From NCBI GenBank assembly GCA_043822925.1, contig JBDRBF010000032.1:1-41426 (forward strand): 41,426 nucleotides of DNA. Direction: 5' to 3'. The notes beneath the pieces are model-generated. The model was not told where the DNA came from. It worked only from the letters and a program-made list of their open reading frames with translations, and did no database searches. Position numbers and translations under genes: made by a program. This DNA is from a bacterium (GTDB taxonomy: Bacteria; Babelota; Babeliae; Babelales; RVW-14). Positions within the stretch are counted from its first letter, which is position 1. Each line of letters opens with the position of its first letter. This document shows, piece by piece, positions 9,358 through 18,382 of the stretch.

Positions 9358-10347
9358 GTGAGTAATGCGAAGCACTTTAAGTCATATAAAGAACAAGTCA
9401 AAGCACACATCAACTTTCTTCGCTCAGAAGGCCTTGAAGTAGATGAATTAACTATTGGGACAAACGCCACAGACCCTATCGCGTGCTTCGCCATTGGCGA
9501 CACAGAGAGTGGCGAAAAAAAGTATGAATACAAGACCAAAGAAAAACAACTTGCTCAAGGCCATGTAGGTCTAAATACCTGGGCAAACGGCAAAAACGGC
9601 AAAGTTTGGTTTCTCTCAAACGGTCCCCGACTGGCAAAAAATGTCGGTGTAAATTTGGGCGTTGTACCTAAAAAAACACAACAAGACCAAGAAGCTGCTG
9701 CAAAACTGGCTTTTATAGACTGGATAGAAGCGAAAGAAACTGGTGCTTCTGCTTATTTAAATAATAAAAAAGTACGCGCATATGGGCTAAAATATACTCA
9801 GACAGACGAGTACGGTAACTCAGCAATGGTCCCTATGTACGACCAAAACGGCAAACTCTGGAATATCCAATATTTGAACGAGCGTGCTGACGAATCTGGT
9901 AAAAATAAAATTATGTATCCAGAAAGCAGAACTAAAGAATTATTCTATGCACTTACCGAACCTAAAGATGGTTCTGATATTGGTATTGCAGAATCTTACG
10001 CAACAGCTGCAACATGTTATGAACTAACAAATATCCCAACAATATGTGCTTTTAGCGCAAGAAACTTGCCAGCCATAGCACAAATATTTCGCAAGAAATA
10101 TCCAACAAGCAAGATTATTATTTTCGCAGATAATGACCGCCCAGAATTAGGCTCAAGCAAAGAAAATCTAGGTATAAAATACGCAAAAGAAGCCATAGAA
10201 ACTATTAGTTCAAACGCTATAATAATTGCTCCTGACTTTAAAGACATACCAGCAACAAAAGATGCATGTGACTGGAATGATCTTGTAAGACTTAAAGGCG
10301 CAAGCGTAGCAAAAGAACAAATAGAACAAAAACTGTCTAAAAAGTAA
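9358..10347 (+). CDS. TOPRIM-domain primase-like protein (P4 alpha/TraC type, no helicase domain)
   Basis: SAYL..K, VPMYD..GKLWNIQY, IAESYATA, IIIFADND, DWNDL. Confidence 0.8.
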   Translation: MSNAKHFKSYKEQVKAHINFLRSEGLEVDELTIGTNATDPIACFAIGDTESGEKKYEYKTKEKQLAQGHVGLNTWANGKNGKVWFLSNGPRLAKNVGVNLGVVPKKTQQDQEAAAKLAFIDWIEAKETGASAYLNNKKVRAYGLKYTQTDEYGNSAMVPMYDQNGKLWNIQYLNERADESGKNKIMYPESRTKELFYALTEPKDGSDIGIAESYATAATCYELTNIPTICAFSARNLPAIAQIFRKKYPTSKIIIFADNDRPELGSSKENLGIKYAKEAIETISSNAIIIAPDFKDIPATKDACDWNDLVRLKGASVAKEQIEQKLSKK

Positions 10348-10369
10348 AATTAAAAGATATTCTAACAAA

Positions 10370-10397
10370 AAAAGCCTCGCAAAATTGCGAGGCTTTT
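10370..10397. terminator. Bidirectional intrinsic terminator
   Basis: aaaagcctcgcaa-aa-ttgcgaggctttt between convergent genes. Confidence 0.8.
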
Positions 10398-10965
10398 ACT
10401 CTTTATCACCACCAGTATGTAAATTTAATATCGCCCCGTACACATAGCGTTTCATAGAAGTAAGCGCAGCGGCATATGCTTGATTAGGCGAAGAACTTCC
10501 ACGTTCAAAGTCAGGGCGTATAGCACATATTGACGAACGCCATTGGCCAGAAACATGCGTAACCGTAGTTCTCAAATAATCCTGATTGCCACTCTCAATA
10601 GGCTCATGTATGATATCGACGCCTTGCTCAGCCAAAAAAGATTTTGCATGATGCACCAAATCTGGATACGTAGCAAAATAGCCACGATTTGAGCTTCCGG
10701 TTTTTTCAAAATTAACAGTCATTCCCGCTTTAGCTTTGCACAACGCTTCAAACAACTTATCCTGATGCTCAGAGGACATTGGCTCTTGTTTTATATTCAT
10801 AGAAGAAATCGAATTATTCAAATCAGTCAAAGCAACCTCAAGACGGGCAATCTTTTTAACTAAATCGTCTTGGCTCGCTAATAAATTTTTAATCGCCGAA
10901 CGACATTTAAGATCAATTATTTCCGGCTGTATCTCTTTTGAAACTTCTTTTATGTTCTGTACCAT
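10396..10965 (-). CDS. ERF-family single-strand annealing protein with N-terminal coiled coil
   Basis: KLFEALCKAK, YFATYPDL, LRTTVTHVSGQW, QAYAAALTSMKRY (ERF QxxGSAxTYxxRY variant). Confidence 0.75.
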   Translation of the reverse strand: MVQNIKEVSKEIQPEIIDLKCRSAIKNLLASQDDLVKKIARLEVALTDLNNSISSMNIKQEPMSSEHQDKLFEALCKAKAGMTVNFEKTGSSNRGYFATYPDLVHHAKSFLAEQGVDIIHEPIESGNQDYLRTTVTHVSGQWRSSICAIRPDFERGSSSPNQAYAAALTSMKRYVYGAILNLHTGGDKE

Positions 10966-11040
10966 ATTATTTAATCCTGTTTATCGGGCGCATTGTTACC
11001 TACTCATAAATACAAGTTGGAGCAGAATAGCAGTTTAGAC

Positions 11041-11053
11041 TGGTTTGTAAATG
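11041..11053 (+). repeat. 13-bp direct repeat TGGTTTGTAAATG (left copy)
   Basis: Identical to 12596..12608; the pair brackets DUF4143 copy 3. Confidence 0.6.
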
Positions 11054-11104
11054 GTTTTTGAGCTTTTTCGCGAGCATATTAAGAGCTAGGAAATTAGCAA
11101 AACA

Positions 11105-11173
11105 GCGTAATTTCAACATGAGCTTGACGTTTTTGCCGCGTAATTTTACCATCATGATGTGAATTTTGTCATG
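11105..11173 (+). promoter_or_regulatory. Repeats over the TTGACG-N17-TACCAT promoter of DUF4143 copy 3
   Basis: gcgtaatttcaacat (11105) and gcgtaattttaccat (11138) are 33 bp apart; third degenerate copy gaattttgtcat at 11161. Confidence 0.6.
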
Positions 11174-11210
11174 TAAAAATAGTATTTAAGTGATATTTTG
11201 AGGTAAAATC

Positions 11211-12575
11211 ATGAAAAAATACATTATTCGAGCCAACGAGACTTTTCTTTATGAATCATTTGAGCGTTCTTTTATTAGTGCTCTTTTAGGCCCTCGACGC
11301 GTTGGAAAGACAACGTTGCTTGAATACTACATGAATCTTCACCCAGAAAAAAAATGGGTTCGCCTTAACATGGACGTATTGAGCCAAAGAAACAAAATTG
11401 AGGCCGAAGAACTTGAGCTTATGATTGAACAAATGGCACTTCAAAAAATCGGAGGCCCAAAGAAACTATGGGTTTTTATTGATGAAGCACAAAAGTGCCC
11501 CCAATTATTCGATCAAATAAAAATTATTTATGATACTCACAAGGGGAATAATTCGATCAAATTTCTGCTTACCGGATCAGCCCACCTCAATTTACACAAG
11601 TTAACAACAGAGTCTTTGGCTGGCAGAGTAGAACTTTTAAGCCTACGAGAATTTAATCTCAAAGAAACGACACATTTAATGCATCAAGATATTTTGGATT
11701 CTTCGCAAAATGATTTTGTTCAGAACGTTTTCGACATAATTTTTAACACAAAAGACATATCTGCTATAGATATGCATATGCTCGAAGAAACTCTTAAAAA
11801 AATTATAGATCAAGCTCGTCCCTTTCAAAAAATACTACAAGAATCTTTACACCAGCATCTGGTGTGGGGAGGACTGCCAGAAGTCATAGAAGCCCCATCA
11901 GAACCATTACGTTTAAAATATCTGGGTGATTATCTGCAAACGTATTTAGAAAAAGACATTCGAGCGATTGATTCAATTGGTGATTTGAATATGTATCAGA
12001 ACCTGATGAAAATTTGTGCCGAAGTTACCGGATCAGTTCGCGATGATAAAAAAATTATAGATGCCCTGCATTGCTCCAGAGGTACTCTCTTAAAATATCG
12101 AGATTACCTACTCGCTACGCTGCAATATACTGAGCTTTTCCCTTTTATCAAAAGCTCTATTAAACGTCTGGTTAAATCTCCAAAGGATTATTTAATCAAC
12201 AATGGCTTGATCAGCTACCTAACCGGTATACATGATCTGGCTATTTTAAAAACTACAAGCTTAATAGGTCATAGATTTGAAAATTGGTTTCTCAATGAAA
12301 TCCAAACATGGCTCGACACGCAAACAGAAAATTGCCAAACCTATTTTTGGAGAACCGCTGCTGGAGCTGAGGTTGATTTTGTTGTCACACGTGGCAGACA
12401 AATTATTCCGTTCGAAATAACTTATGCAGCTCAAATTGAAACAAAAAAGCTCAATAACCTCAAAAACTTCATGATCGCTTGCCCCGAGTCTTCTATCGGC
12501 GTTTTTTGTTACATGGGACCACTTGCTTTTGATCAAGAAAATCGTATTCTTTTCTTACCCGCCTGGATAATTTAA
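11211..12575 (+). CDS. AAA_14 ATPase-DUF4143 protein (copy 3)
   Basis: GPRRVGKTT, FIDEAQ, TGSA, ESLAGR, GGLP, TYLEKDI, FWRT..GAEVDF..PFEIT. Confidence 0.9.
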   Translation: MKKYIIRANETFLYESFERSFISALLGPRRVGKTTLLEYYMNLHPEKKWVRLNMDVLSQRNKIEAEELELMIEQMALQKIGGPKKLWVFIDEAQKCPQLFDQIKIIYDTHKGNNSIKFLLTGSAHLNLHKLTTESLAGRVELLSLREFNLKETTHLMHQDILDSSQNDFVQNVFDIIFNTKDISAIDMHMLEETLKKIIDQARPFQKILQESLHQHLVWGGLPEVIEAPSEPLRLKYLGDYLQTYLEKDIRAIDSIGDLNMYQNLMKICAEVTGSVRDDKKIIDALHCSRGTLLKYRDYLLATLQYTELFPFIKSSIKRLVKSPKDYLINNGLISYLTGIHDLAILKTTSLIGHRFENWFLNEIQTWLDTQTENCQTYFWRTAAGAEVDFVVTRGRQIIPFEITYAAQIETKKLNNLKNFMIACPESSIGVFCYMGPLAFDQENRILFLPAWII

Positions 12576-12595
12576 AATAAAAAACAGCGCTGCAA

Positions 12596-12608
12596 TGGTT
12601 TGTAAATG
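12596..12608 (+). repeat. 13-bp direct repeat TGGTTTGTAAATG (right copy)
   Basis: Identical to 11041..11053. Confidence 0.6.
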
Positions 12609-12722
12609 AGTTTCGCATTTTTATTGGCAAAGCAACAAACAATGTGATAGCTTGCAAAAGTAACGTAAAATTAGACTAGAAAAAATATACTGTTTGGACT
12701 CAATAGAAAGAAGGAAAATATC

Positions 12723-12926
12723 ATGGCTCATAGTGTTAAATCCAAAAAAAGTGGAAAAACATACTACCTACATTCAAAAGATGTAAAACTAAAAGGCGAT
12801 CGCATACAGAAAATATTCTATTTCGCTGGTGAAGTTAAAGAAGGTGCCCTTAATGCCCTTCCTGCCGGCTACGATGTCGTTGAAAATGAACGAACAGGCC
12901 TTCCTATGTTAAAAAAGAAAAAATAA
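12723..12926 (+). CDS. Small basic conserved hypothetical protein
   Basis: AAGGA RBS and own terminator; GKTYYLH..V.L.G.R.Q.IFYF..LPAGY.VVEN.RTGLP.LKK resembles a widespread uncharacterised family. Confidence 0.8.
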   Translation: MAHSVKSKKSGKTYYLHSKDVKLKGDRIQKIFYFAGEVKEGALNALPAGYDVVENERTGLPMLKKKK

Positions 12927-12961
12927 GTAAAAATACAATGCGCCCGTCTGGCGCACATACA

Positions 12962-12992
12962 AATAAAGCCCCGACGTCTTCGGGGCTTTATT
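12962..12992 (+). terminator. Intrinsic terminator
   Basis: aataaagccccga-cgtct-tcggggctttatt. Confidence 0.8.
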
Positions 12993-13020
12993 ATTAATCT
13001 AGAACTTTAAAATATTTTTT

Positions 13021-13509
13021 ATGAAAGAGTTTTTTATGCAAGAAAAAGATAAAAATTTCATGCTGGTTGCTATAGAACTTTCACTTAACAGTATTAAAAA
13101 TAATGGCGGCCCCTTTGGTGCAGTGATTGTAAAAGACGGGGAAATTATAGCCAAAGCATCAAACAGCGTAACATTAGATAACGATCCAACGGCACATGCA
13201 GAAATTAATGCAATCAGAGCAGCTTGCTCAGCACTCAAAACGTTTGATTTATCTGGCTGCACAATATACACATCATGCGAACCCTGCCCCATGTGTTTAG
13301 GGGCAATTTATTGGGCAAGAATAGATAAAATTTATTATGCCAATTCTCGAGCTAACGCCCAAAAAATAGATTTTGATGATTCATTTATTTACGATGAAAT
13401 ACATAAGCCAATAGCAGAAAGATCTATAAAAACCGTTCAAATAATGCAAGACGAAGCGATAAAAGCATTTGAAGCTTGGGAACAAAAAAACGATAAGATA
13501 GAATATTAA
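13021..13509 (+). CDS. guaD: Zn-dependent nucleoside/guanine deaminase (start may be 13036)
   Basis: GGPFGAVI, DPTAHAEINAIR, SCEPCPMCLGAIYWA, FDDSFIY, C-terminal Y typical of B. subtilis-type GuaD. Confidence 0.8.
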   Translation: MKEFFMQEKDKNFMLVAIELSLNSIKNNGGPFGAVIVKDGEIIAKASNSVTLDNDPTAHAEINAIRAACSALKTFDLSGCTIYTSCEPCPMCLGAIYWARIDKIYYANSRANAQKIDFDDSFIYDEIHKPIAERSIKTVQIMQDEAIKAFEAWEQKNDKIEY

Positions 13510-13549
13510 GAGACAAGTATTTTTAACTCCAGAAACAGTTATGAGAAGA

Positions 13550-14554
13550 TTACCGTTGCATCGCACGCCGTTCTTTAATAGCTATCTTAAATATTCCAAC
13601 CACAGCCGGAGTTTTTAAGCGATTCACAAACTTTTGCATCGCACGTACTTCGTTTTTTAACTGTTCATATTTAAACTTTAAGCTAAATATCCCATTAAAC
13701 CGATCGTTATAATACCGTCCAAGTGGCGCATATTTAGGATCCTGAAAAAGCGTATCTATAGTAACTTGAAGTGTTTTAACTTGGTCAGCCAAAACAGTAT
13801 TATAAATCTCAAGTTTCTCATTATTCTGTGTTTGCTTTGTACTGGCCGAGTGCTTTAAACATTCTAGCTCGAGATTTAAGAGTTCATATAAATCATTATT
13901 TTTGTAAGCGATTGTAAGCGTTTTCATAAGCTCTTCTTTCACAATCTTTTGCTCACTATTTTGCTCTAAATCAGGGTGCAGCACTCGCGCTAATTGTTTA
14001 TACGTACTATTAATGTTTTGTTTCAGCAACGCTTCAAACTCACTCTTTTTCGATTCTTTTTCACGCTGTTTTTTTGTCTTTTTAGATTCTCGACGAGAAG
14101 ACGCCATCTGATTCTCATCTTCAAAAAGCTCTAATTCAGCGGCAAGAGTCTCGTCGTAATCAACCCCATTAAGATCACTAAAAATTTCTTTTACTTCGAC
14201 TGGGATGTTATACCCATCACCCAGTGAGAAAACAACATTTACCTCGTCCATTACAATTTTTTTTAAATCTTTACGTTCCGCCTTTGAAAAATCTTTTGAA
14301 GTCTTATAAATCTGATAGGCAATCGTTACGCGTTCTATAAAAAGCCCCTGTAAAATAACTTCATCAGGGCGAATTTTTTCATAATAAAACTGCAACGCTA
14401 AATCTAATTCTTGAGTTTTATCTTGTTGCTGCGCTTGAAGAACTTTCATTTTTGCTCTTAATTGATTGAATTTTCTCTGAATAGGCCCTATAGGAGGCTC
14501 TTTTGCTTTTGAGAGAATCAAGTGAAATGTGGGAACCGTCATCGTTTTTTCCAA
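13550..14554 (-). CDS. Coiled-coil protein with internal J-domain-like segment
   Basis: YKQLARVLHPDLEQ..ELMK.L..AY.NNDL (HPD motif). Confidence 0.7.
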   Translation of the reverse strand: MEKTMTVPTFHLILSKAKEPPIGPIQRKFNQLRAKMKVLQAQQQDKTQELDLALQFYYEKIRPDEVILQGLFIERVTIAYQIYKTSKDFSKAERKDLKKIVMDEVNVVFSLGDGYNIPVEVKEIFSDLNGVDYDETLAAELELFEDENQMASSRRESKKTKKQREKESKKSEFEALLKQNINSTYKQLARVLHPDLEQNSEQKIVKEELMKTLTIAYKNNDLYELLNLELECLKHSASTKQTQNNEKLEIYNTVLADQVKTLQVTIDTLFQDPKYAPLGRYYNDRFNGIFSLKFKYEQLKNEVRAMQKFVNRLKTPAVVGIFKIAIKERRAMQR

Positions 14555-14630
14555 AGAATATAATTATTACTATCCCAATTTTCCCAAGACTAGTTACAAT
14601 ACGCTGTAAGATCTAGTTTGTCGATACGAC

Positions 14631-15086
14631 CTAAGGCTCATGTCTTTTTATCGTCTGAATTATCTCTTCCAACACCTGTAAAAAACGAGAGCGATCCCGC
14701 GTAGAAAAAATGGCGTTGTAACTTGAAGCTACTCCTGTTTCACGTAAATGAGCACGTAAATCACGCATCGCTTTTGCTGAACCTATATTATCATCATTAA
14801 AAATTTTGCCGATTGGGCTCATGGCATGTGCACCATTTTTTAGGCACCGATCTGCCAGTAATATATCTGTGGTAACCACAATATCATCAGACTGGATGTG
14901 CTCGCAAATCCAATTATCTGCGGCATCTAGGTCAGAATTAACCTGTACTTTATGCACATTTTCACTAACCATCATAGCAAGGCGACTATTACTTACTAAG
15001 TAAACCTGCAAGTTATGCCGTAGGGCTACCCGAAAAATTTCTTCTTTTACAGGACAAGCATCGGCATCTACGTAGATAGCTAACAT
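14631..15086 (-). CDS. YaiI/YqxD family protein (DUF188)
   Basis: IYVDADACPVK, DAADNWI, DIVVTTDILLA. Confidence 0.9.
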   Translation of the reverse strand: MLAIYVDADACPVKEEIFRVALRHNLQVYLVSNSRLAMMVSENVHKVQVNSDLDAADNWICEHIQSDDIVVTTDILLADRCLKNGAHAMSPIGKIFNDDNIGSAKAMRDLRAHLRETGVASSYNAIFSTRDRSRFLQVLEEIIQTIKRHEP

Positions 15087-15120
15087 TCAGAACCTTTCTA
15101 ATAGAGCCGTTAAATGATAA

Positions 15121-16311
15121 TTATGCTTCTATAAAAGTTAACGCTTGGCCAACCTTGCTTGCGCGCCCCGTTCTGCCAATACGGTGAATATAATCTTCGT
15201 GTGTTTGTGGCAAATCAAAATTAATAACATGTGAGACATCGTCAATATCAATTCCCCTGGCTACGATATCTGTCGCCAACAGAATCTTAATATGATTATC
15301 TTTAAATAATGCCAATGCTTTTTTTCTTTGTGCTTGAGTTTTATCCCCATGAATAGTAGCAACCTGAAATCCACGCTCTTTTAATTCTTTTGATAATCTA
15401 TCAGCAGCGTGTTTTGTTCGAACAAAAACAATAACTTTATTAAAACCTGGCGTAATGAGTAAGTCGTGTAACGTTTCTATTTTATTGCTTGTCTTAACAA
15501 TATTTTGGTTAACATTCTCAGCTGTTTGACGTGTTTTTACGCTCATCGTAACTGGATTTGTCAAAAACTGCTCAGCTATGCTTTTAACTTCAGAGGAGAT
15601 AGTAGCTGAAAAGAATAACGAATGGCGAGTCTTAGGTAATTTGTTAACAATATATCTCATGTCATTAATAAAACCCATATCAAGCATCGTATCAACTTCA
15701 TCAAGGACGATAGCCGTAAAATGCGAAAAATTTAACGACCTATTTTGTTCTAAGTCTTTTAATCTGCCCGGTGTACCAATAACAAATTCAGGTTTTTTTT
15801 TCAGATGATCTATTTGATAATTAATATTTGCACCACCAATACATAAAGCAGCAGAAAATCCTGTTTCTTCTTTAAAAAAGTTAAGCTCGCTTTTAATTTG
15901 AGCAGCTAACTCACGCGTCGGTGCAATAATAAGAACACGCTGTGTTTTTTTTGTAAGCACATTATTAACAAGCGGTATCAAAAATGCAGCCGTCTTTCCC
16001 GTTCCTGTATTAGCAGTACCAATAACATCTTTGCCCTCAAGCAATAATGGAATCACTTGATCTTGTATCGGCGTTGGAGCGGTATACCCACGCTTAATAA
16101 TATTTTGTTTAATTTGGTCCTCAATTAAAAAGTCTGCAAAAGTATGTACCGGTATATAAACAGGAGAAAGAACCTGCTCTTCAACTTTTTTTATAAAATC
16201 TGAGGGATTAAATTTTTTGACCGGTCTACCGCCAAAACGATTATTTGTACGAGTCTTAAAAGACTTTTTGCTATTATTTTTGCTATTACCTGAATTATTA
16301 TATTTTGACAT
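15121..16311 (-). CDS. DEAD/DEAH-box RNA helicase
   Basis: Q motif PTPIQ, ANTGTGKT, PTRELA, TPGRL, DEVD, SAT, ARGID, HRIGRTGR. Confidence 0.93.
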   Translation of the reverse strand: MSKYNNSGNSKNNSKKSFKTRTNNRFGGRPVKKFNPSDFIKKVEEQVLSPVYIPVHTFADFLIEDQIKQNIIKRGYTAPTPIQDQVIPLLLEGKDVIGTANTGTGKTAAFLIPLVNNVLTKKTQRVLIIAPTRELAAQIKSELNFFKEETGFSAALCIGGANINYQIDHLKKKPEFVIGTPGRLKDLEQNRSLNFSHFTAIVLDEVDTMLDMGFINDMRYIVNKLPKTRHSLFFSATISSEVKSIAEQFLTNPVTMSVKTRQTAENVNQNIVKTSNKIETLHDLLITPGFNKVIVFVRTKHAADRLSKELKERGFQVATIHGDKTQAQRKKALALFKDNHIKILLATDIVARGIDIDDVSHVINFDLPQTHEDYIHRIGRTGRASKVGQALTFIEA

Positions 16312-16423
16312 GAGTTCCTAAAGTTAAAACGTTACTAAAAACACTGATTTTACCGGTTTAATTTAACTTTAGCAAACAACACCCCCGCGTCCCCCAAAAA
16401 GGCGTGCGTTTCAGTTAGACAAC

Positions 16424-16455
16424 AAAAAAGCGCCGAATTTTCATTCGACGCTTTT
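16424..16455 (-). terminator. Original terminator of the tRNA-Val/Asn operon, displaced by island integration
   Basis: Minus strand: ..GGGAGCCA tttaatt aaaagcgtcgaat-gaaa-attcggcgctttttt, directly after the duplicated tRNA 3' end. Confidence 0.7.
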
Positions 16456-16462
16456 AATTAAA

Positions 16463-16573
16463 TGGCTCCCCCTGGCGGACTATCTTAGAACTTTTACGTT
16501 TGAAAACTTCAAAACGCTTGAAATACAAATCATGATTAATAGTCTAAGCGTTGGGCATTCTTCGAACTATTAA
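16463..16573 (+). other. Outer att junction plus start-less recombinase tail WLPLADYLRTFTFENFKTLEIQIMINSLSVGHSSNY*
   Basis: TGGCTCCCC-N5-GGACT shared with the tRNA-Asn end; first 35 bp are 32/35 identical to 18626..18660. Confidence 0.8.
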
Positions 16574-16621
16574 TTGGGCGAGGTTGCAAGAAAGGAAAAA
16601 CAGATTGTTTCGAGAGTAGCT

Positions 16622-16807
16622 ACAAATGATGAGTTTTATTGCCAGTACAACGACCAGCCAAACTCGAGTTTTTGCGTTACAGCCTGAAACGTTTCAATCT
16701 GTATTACAACGAAGTCCGTCCCCATCAGGCTTTGCGTTATTTAACCCCGATGTCTTACTATAAACAATGGGAGGCAGAATAGGCTCATATGTATTGAACC
16801 AGCAAAC
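16622..16807 (+). pseudogene. IS481/IS3-type transposase 3' remnant with probable terminal IR
   Basis: ..DEFY..(frameshift)..FNLYYNEVRPHQALRYLTPMSYYKQWEAE* (YNxxRPHxxLxxxTP motif), stop at 16780-16782, then ctcatatgtattgaaccagc. Confidence 0.7.
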
Positions 16808-16811
16808 TGTA

Positions 16812-16839
16812 TTGACAAAGAATCTCCTTGGCGTATAAT
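16812..16839 (+). promoter_or_regulatory. Consensus sigma70 promoter
   Basis: TTGACA-N16-TATAAT upstream of the MYND gene. Confidence 0.7.
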
Positions 16840-16900
16840 TTCAATTAGGGTTATATTTATGACAGCTGTATTGAATATTAAACAAATGGGGGTTATTTTT

Positions 16901-18091
16901 ATGAAAAACATACCAAAACTTGTAGTACTTTTATTATCAACTCTTTGTGCTATATCAGCGCAAGCGGTTGTGTATAAAACTGAAGTGTATCAAAAAACTC
17001 TTTTAAATGGCACAGTGCGCAAAGTTACCTTATTTTATGATTGGCATGCTGATTATCCCGACCAACGATTGGGCAAACAACAGCAAGCGGCGGTATTGCA
17101 ACAAGCAAAATTAAGTAATGCTCATATATTGGCAGAGGATATGTATACTTATGATGGTAATAATACTCAGATTAGGGATTATTTCAAAAAGCGTAAGCTT
17201 GATTTCCAAAAAGTATGTGATGATTGGAAGACGTATTCCTTACGAGAAGTAATTGAAAAATGCCGTAAACGACATATTTGTCCTGTACAACCCTCAGGTT
17301 CTTTTTTACATCAAATAATAAAAAATGGAAAAGAAAAAAATATACGTTGCTCAAATGTTGAATGTCGGCATTCGTATACTTATTCTATTCTTTCTAAAGA
17401 ATTTTTATCACAATTAAACCGTTCTGCACTATCTTGCTCAGTTGTAATTGACGAAACACAAGAAATTATTAAATATTTTGACGATCGACTCTCTTTAATT
17501 AAAGAAGAAAATTTTGTTAACCCTATGAAAGAACTTCTAACGGAACGTATTACTGGGCGATTTGAGAAATTTAGGGAATTAATTGTAGACCCATTAAAGT
17601 CCATCAATGACTTAGGGTATGACATTAATTCACCTATTTTAGCATCATTTGCAGATCATATGGTTAATTTCAATATTTTATTGAAATTATTTGAAAACGA
17701 GGGTGATCAAGATATTTTTATCTGCGCTGGTGCAAGTCATTTTGAAAGCATTGCTCAGAACTTACCGGGTTCTTTTGGCTATAAATTAGTCTATAAAGAA
17801 GAAGCAGCACCAAATTTTAAGCTGACGTATATCCCGCATCTCGAAGAAGAAGGTATGAGAAAAATACAATCATTTTCGTTACAGCCGTTATTTGATTTTT
17901 TGAACGTAGCGATAGCAAAAGAAGAAGGAAAGTTGCTGACTGATACATGTTGTGAGCATAAGTGTCTCTTTTGCCATGAGCTGGCTAGCTTGCAGTGTTC
18001 GCAATGTAAGAGTGTTTATTATTGTTCAAAGAAATGTCAGAAGCAACATTGGAAAACTCATAAGTTGGTCTGTAAAGAGCCTGTTCATTGA
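16901..18091 (+). CDS. Secreted protein with C-terminal MYND zinc finger
   Basis: Signal peptide ending AQA; CLFC..CSQCKSVYYCSKKCQKQHWKTHKLVC. Confidence 0.88.
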   Translation: MKNIPKLVVLLLSTLCAISAQAVVYKTEVYQKTLLNGTVRKVTLFYDWHADYPDQRLGKQQQAAVLQQAKLSNAHILAEDMYTYDGNNTQIRDYFKKRKLDFQKVCDDWKTYSLREVIEKCRKRHICPVQPSGSFLHQIIKNGKEKNIRCSNVECRHSYTYSILSKEFLSQLNRSALSCSVVIDETQEIIKYFDDRLSLIKEENFVNPMKELLTERITGRFEKFRELIVDPLKSINDLGYDINSPILASFADHMVNFNILLKLFENEGDQDIFICAGASHFESIAQNLPGSFGYKLVYKEEAAPNFKLTYIPHLEEEGMRKIQSFSLQPLFDFLNVAIAKEEGKLLTDTCCEHKCLFCHELASLQCSQCKSVYYCSKKCQKQHWKTHKLVCKEPVH

Positions 18092-18359
18092 CGATGATTC
18101 TGAAAACAAAGCTATTTTACAAGAGAATCAATGGGTTTGGATAAAGCTTTAGTGGGTCTTTTGGGATTGTTGAGATAGAAGATCTAGTTTTGTTATAAGC
18201 ATTGTTTTTTGATATCTGACTTATAATTCGTTGCTATTCTTGTTGCAACCATGGTTAAATAAATGCCCAATAGAAGCACGCGAGATATCTCATGGAATGC
18301 CTGTTAATAGTCAAAGTTTACTTTCTAGTTTGAATTACTGATAGGTTGATGGTTTTATT

Positions 18360-18382
18360 AGGCGGCTTAGCCGCCTTTTTTT
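18360..18382 (+). terminator. Intrinsic terminator
   Basis: aggcggc-tta-gccgcct followed by a T-run. Confidence 0.7.

Noticed and set aside
9358-10965. Prophage
   Set aside because: No structural, terminase or integrase genes nearby, and the two genes are convergent.
16463-16540. Extra tRNA genes at 16463 and 18626
   Set aside because: Only the 9-bp acceptor end plus GGACT match; no cloverleaf. Treated as att junctions.
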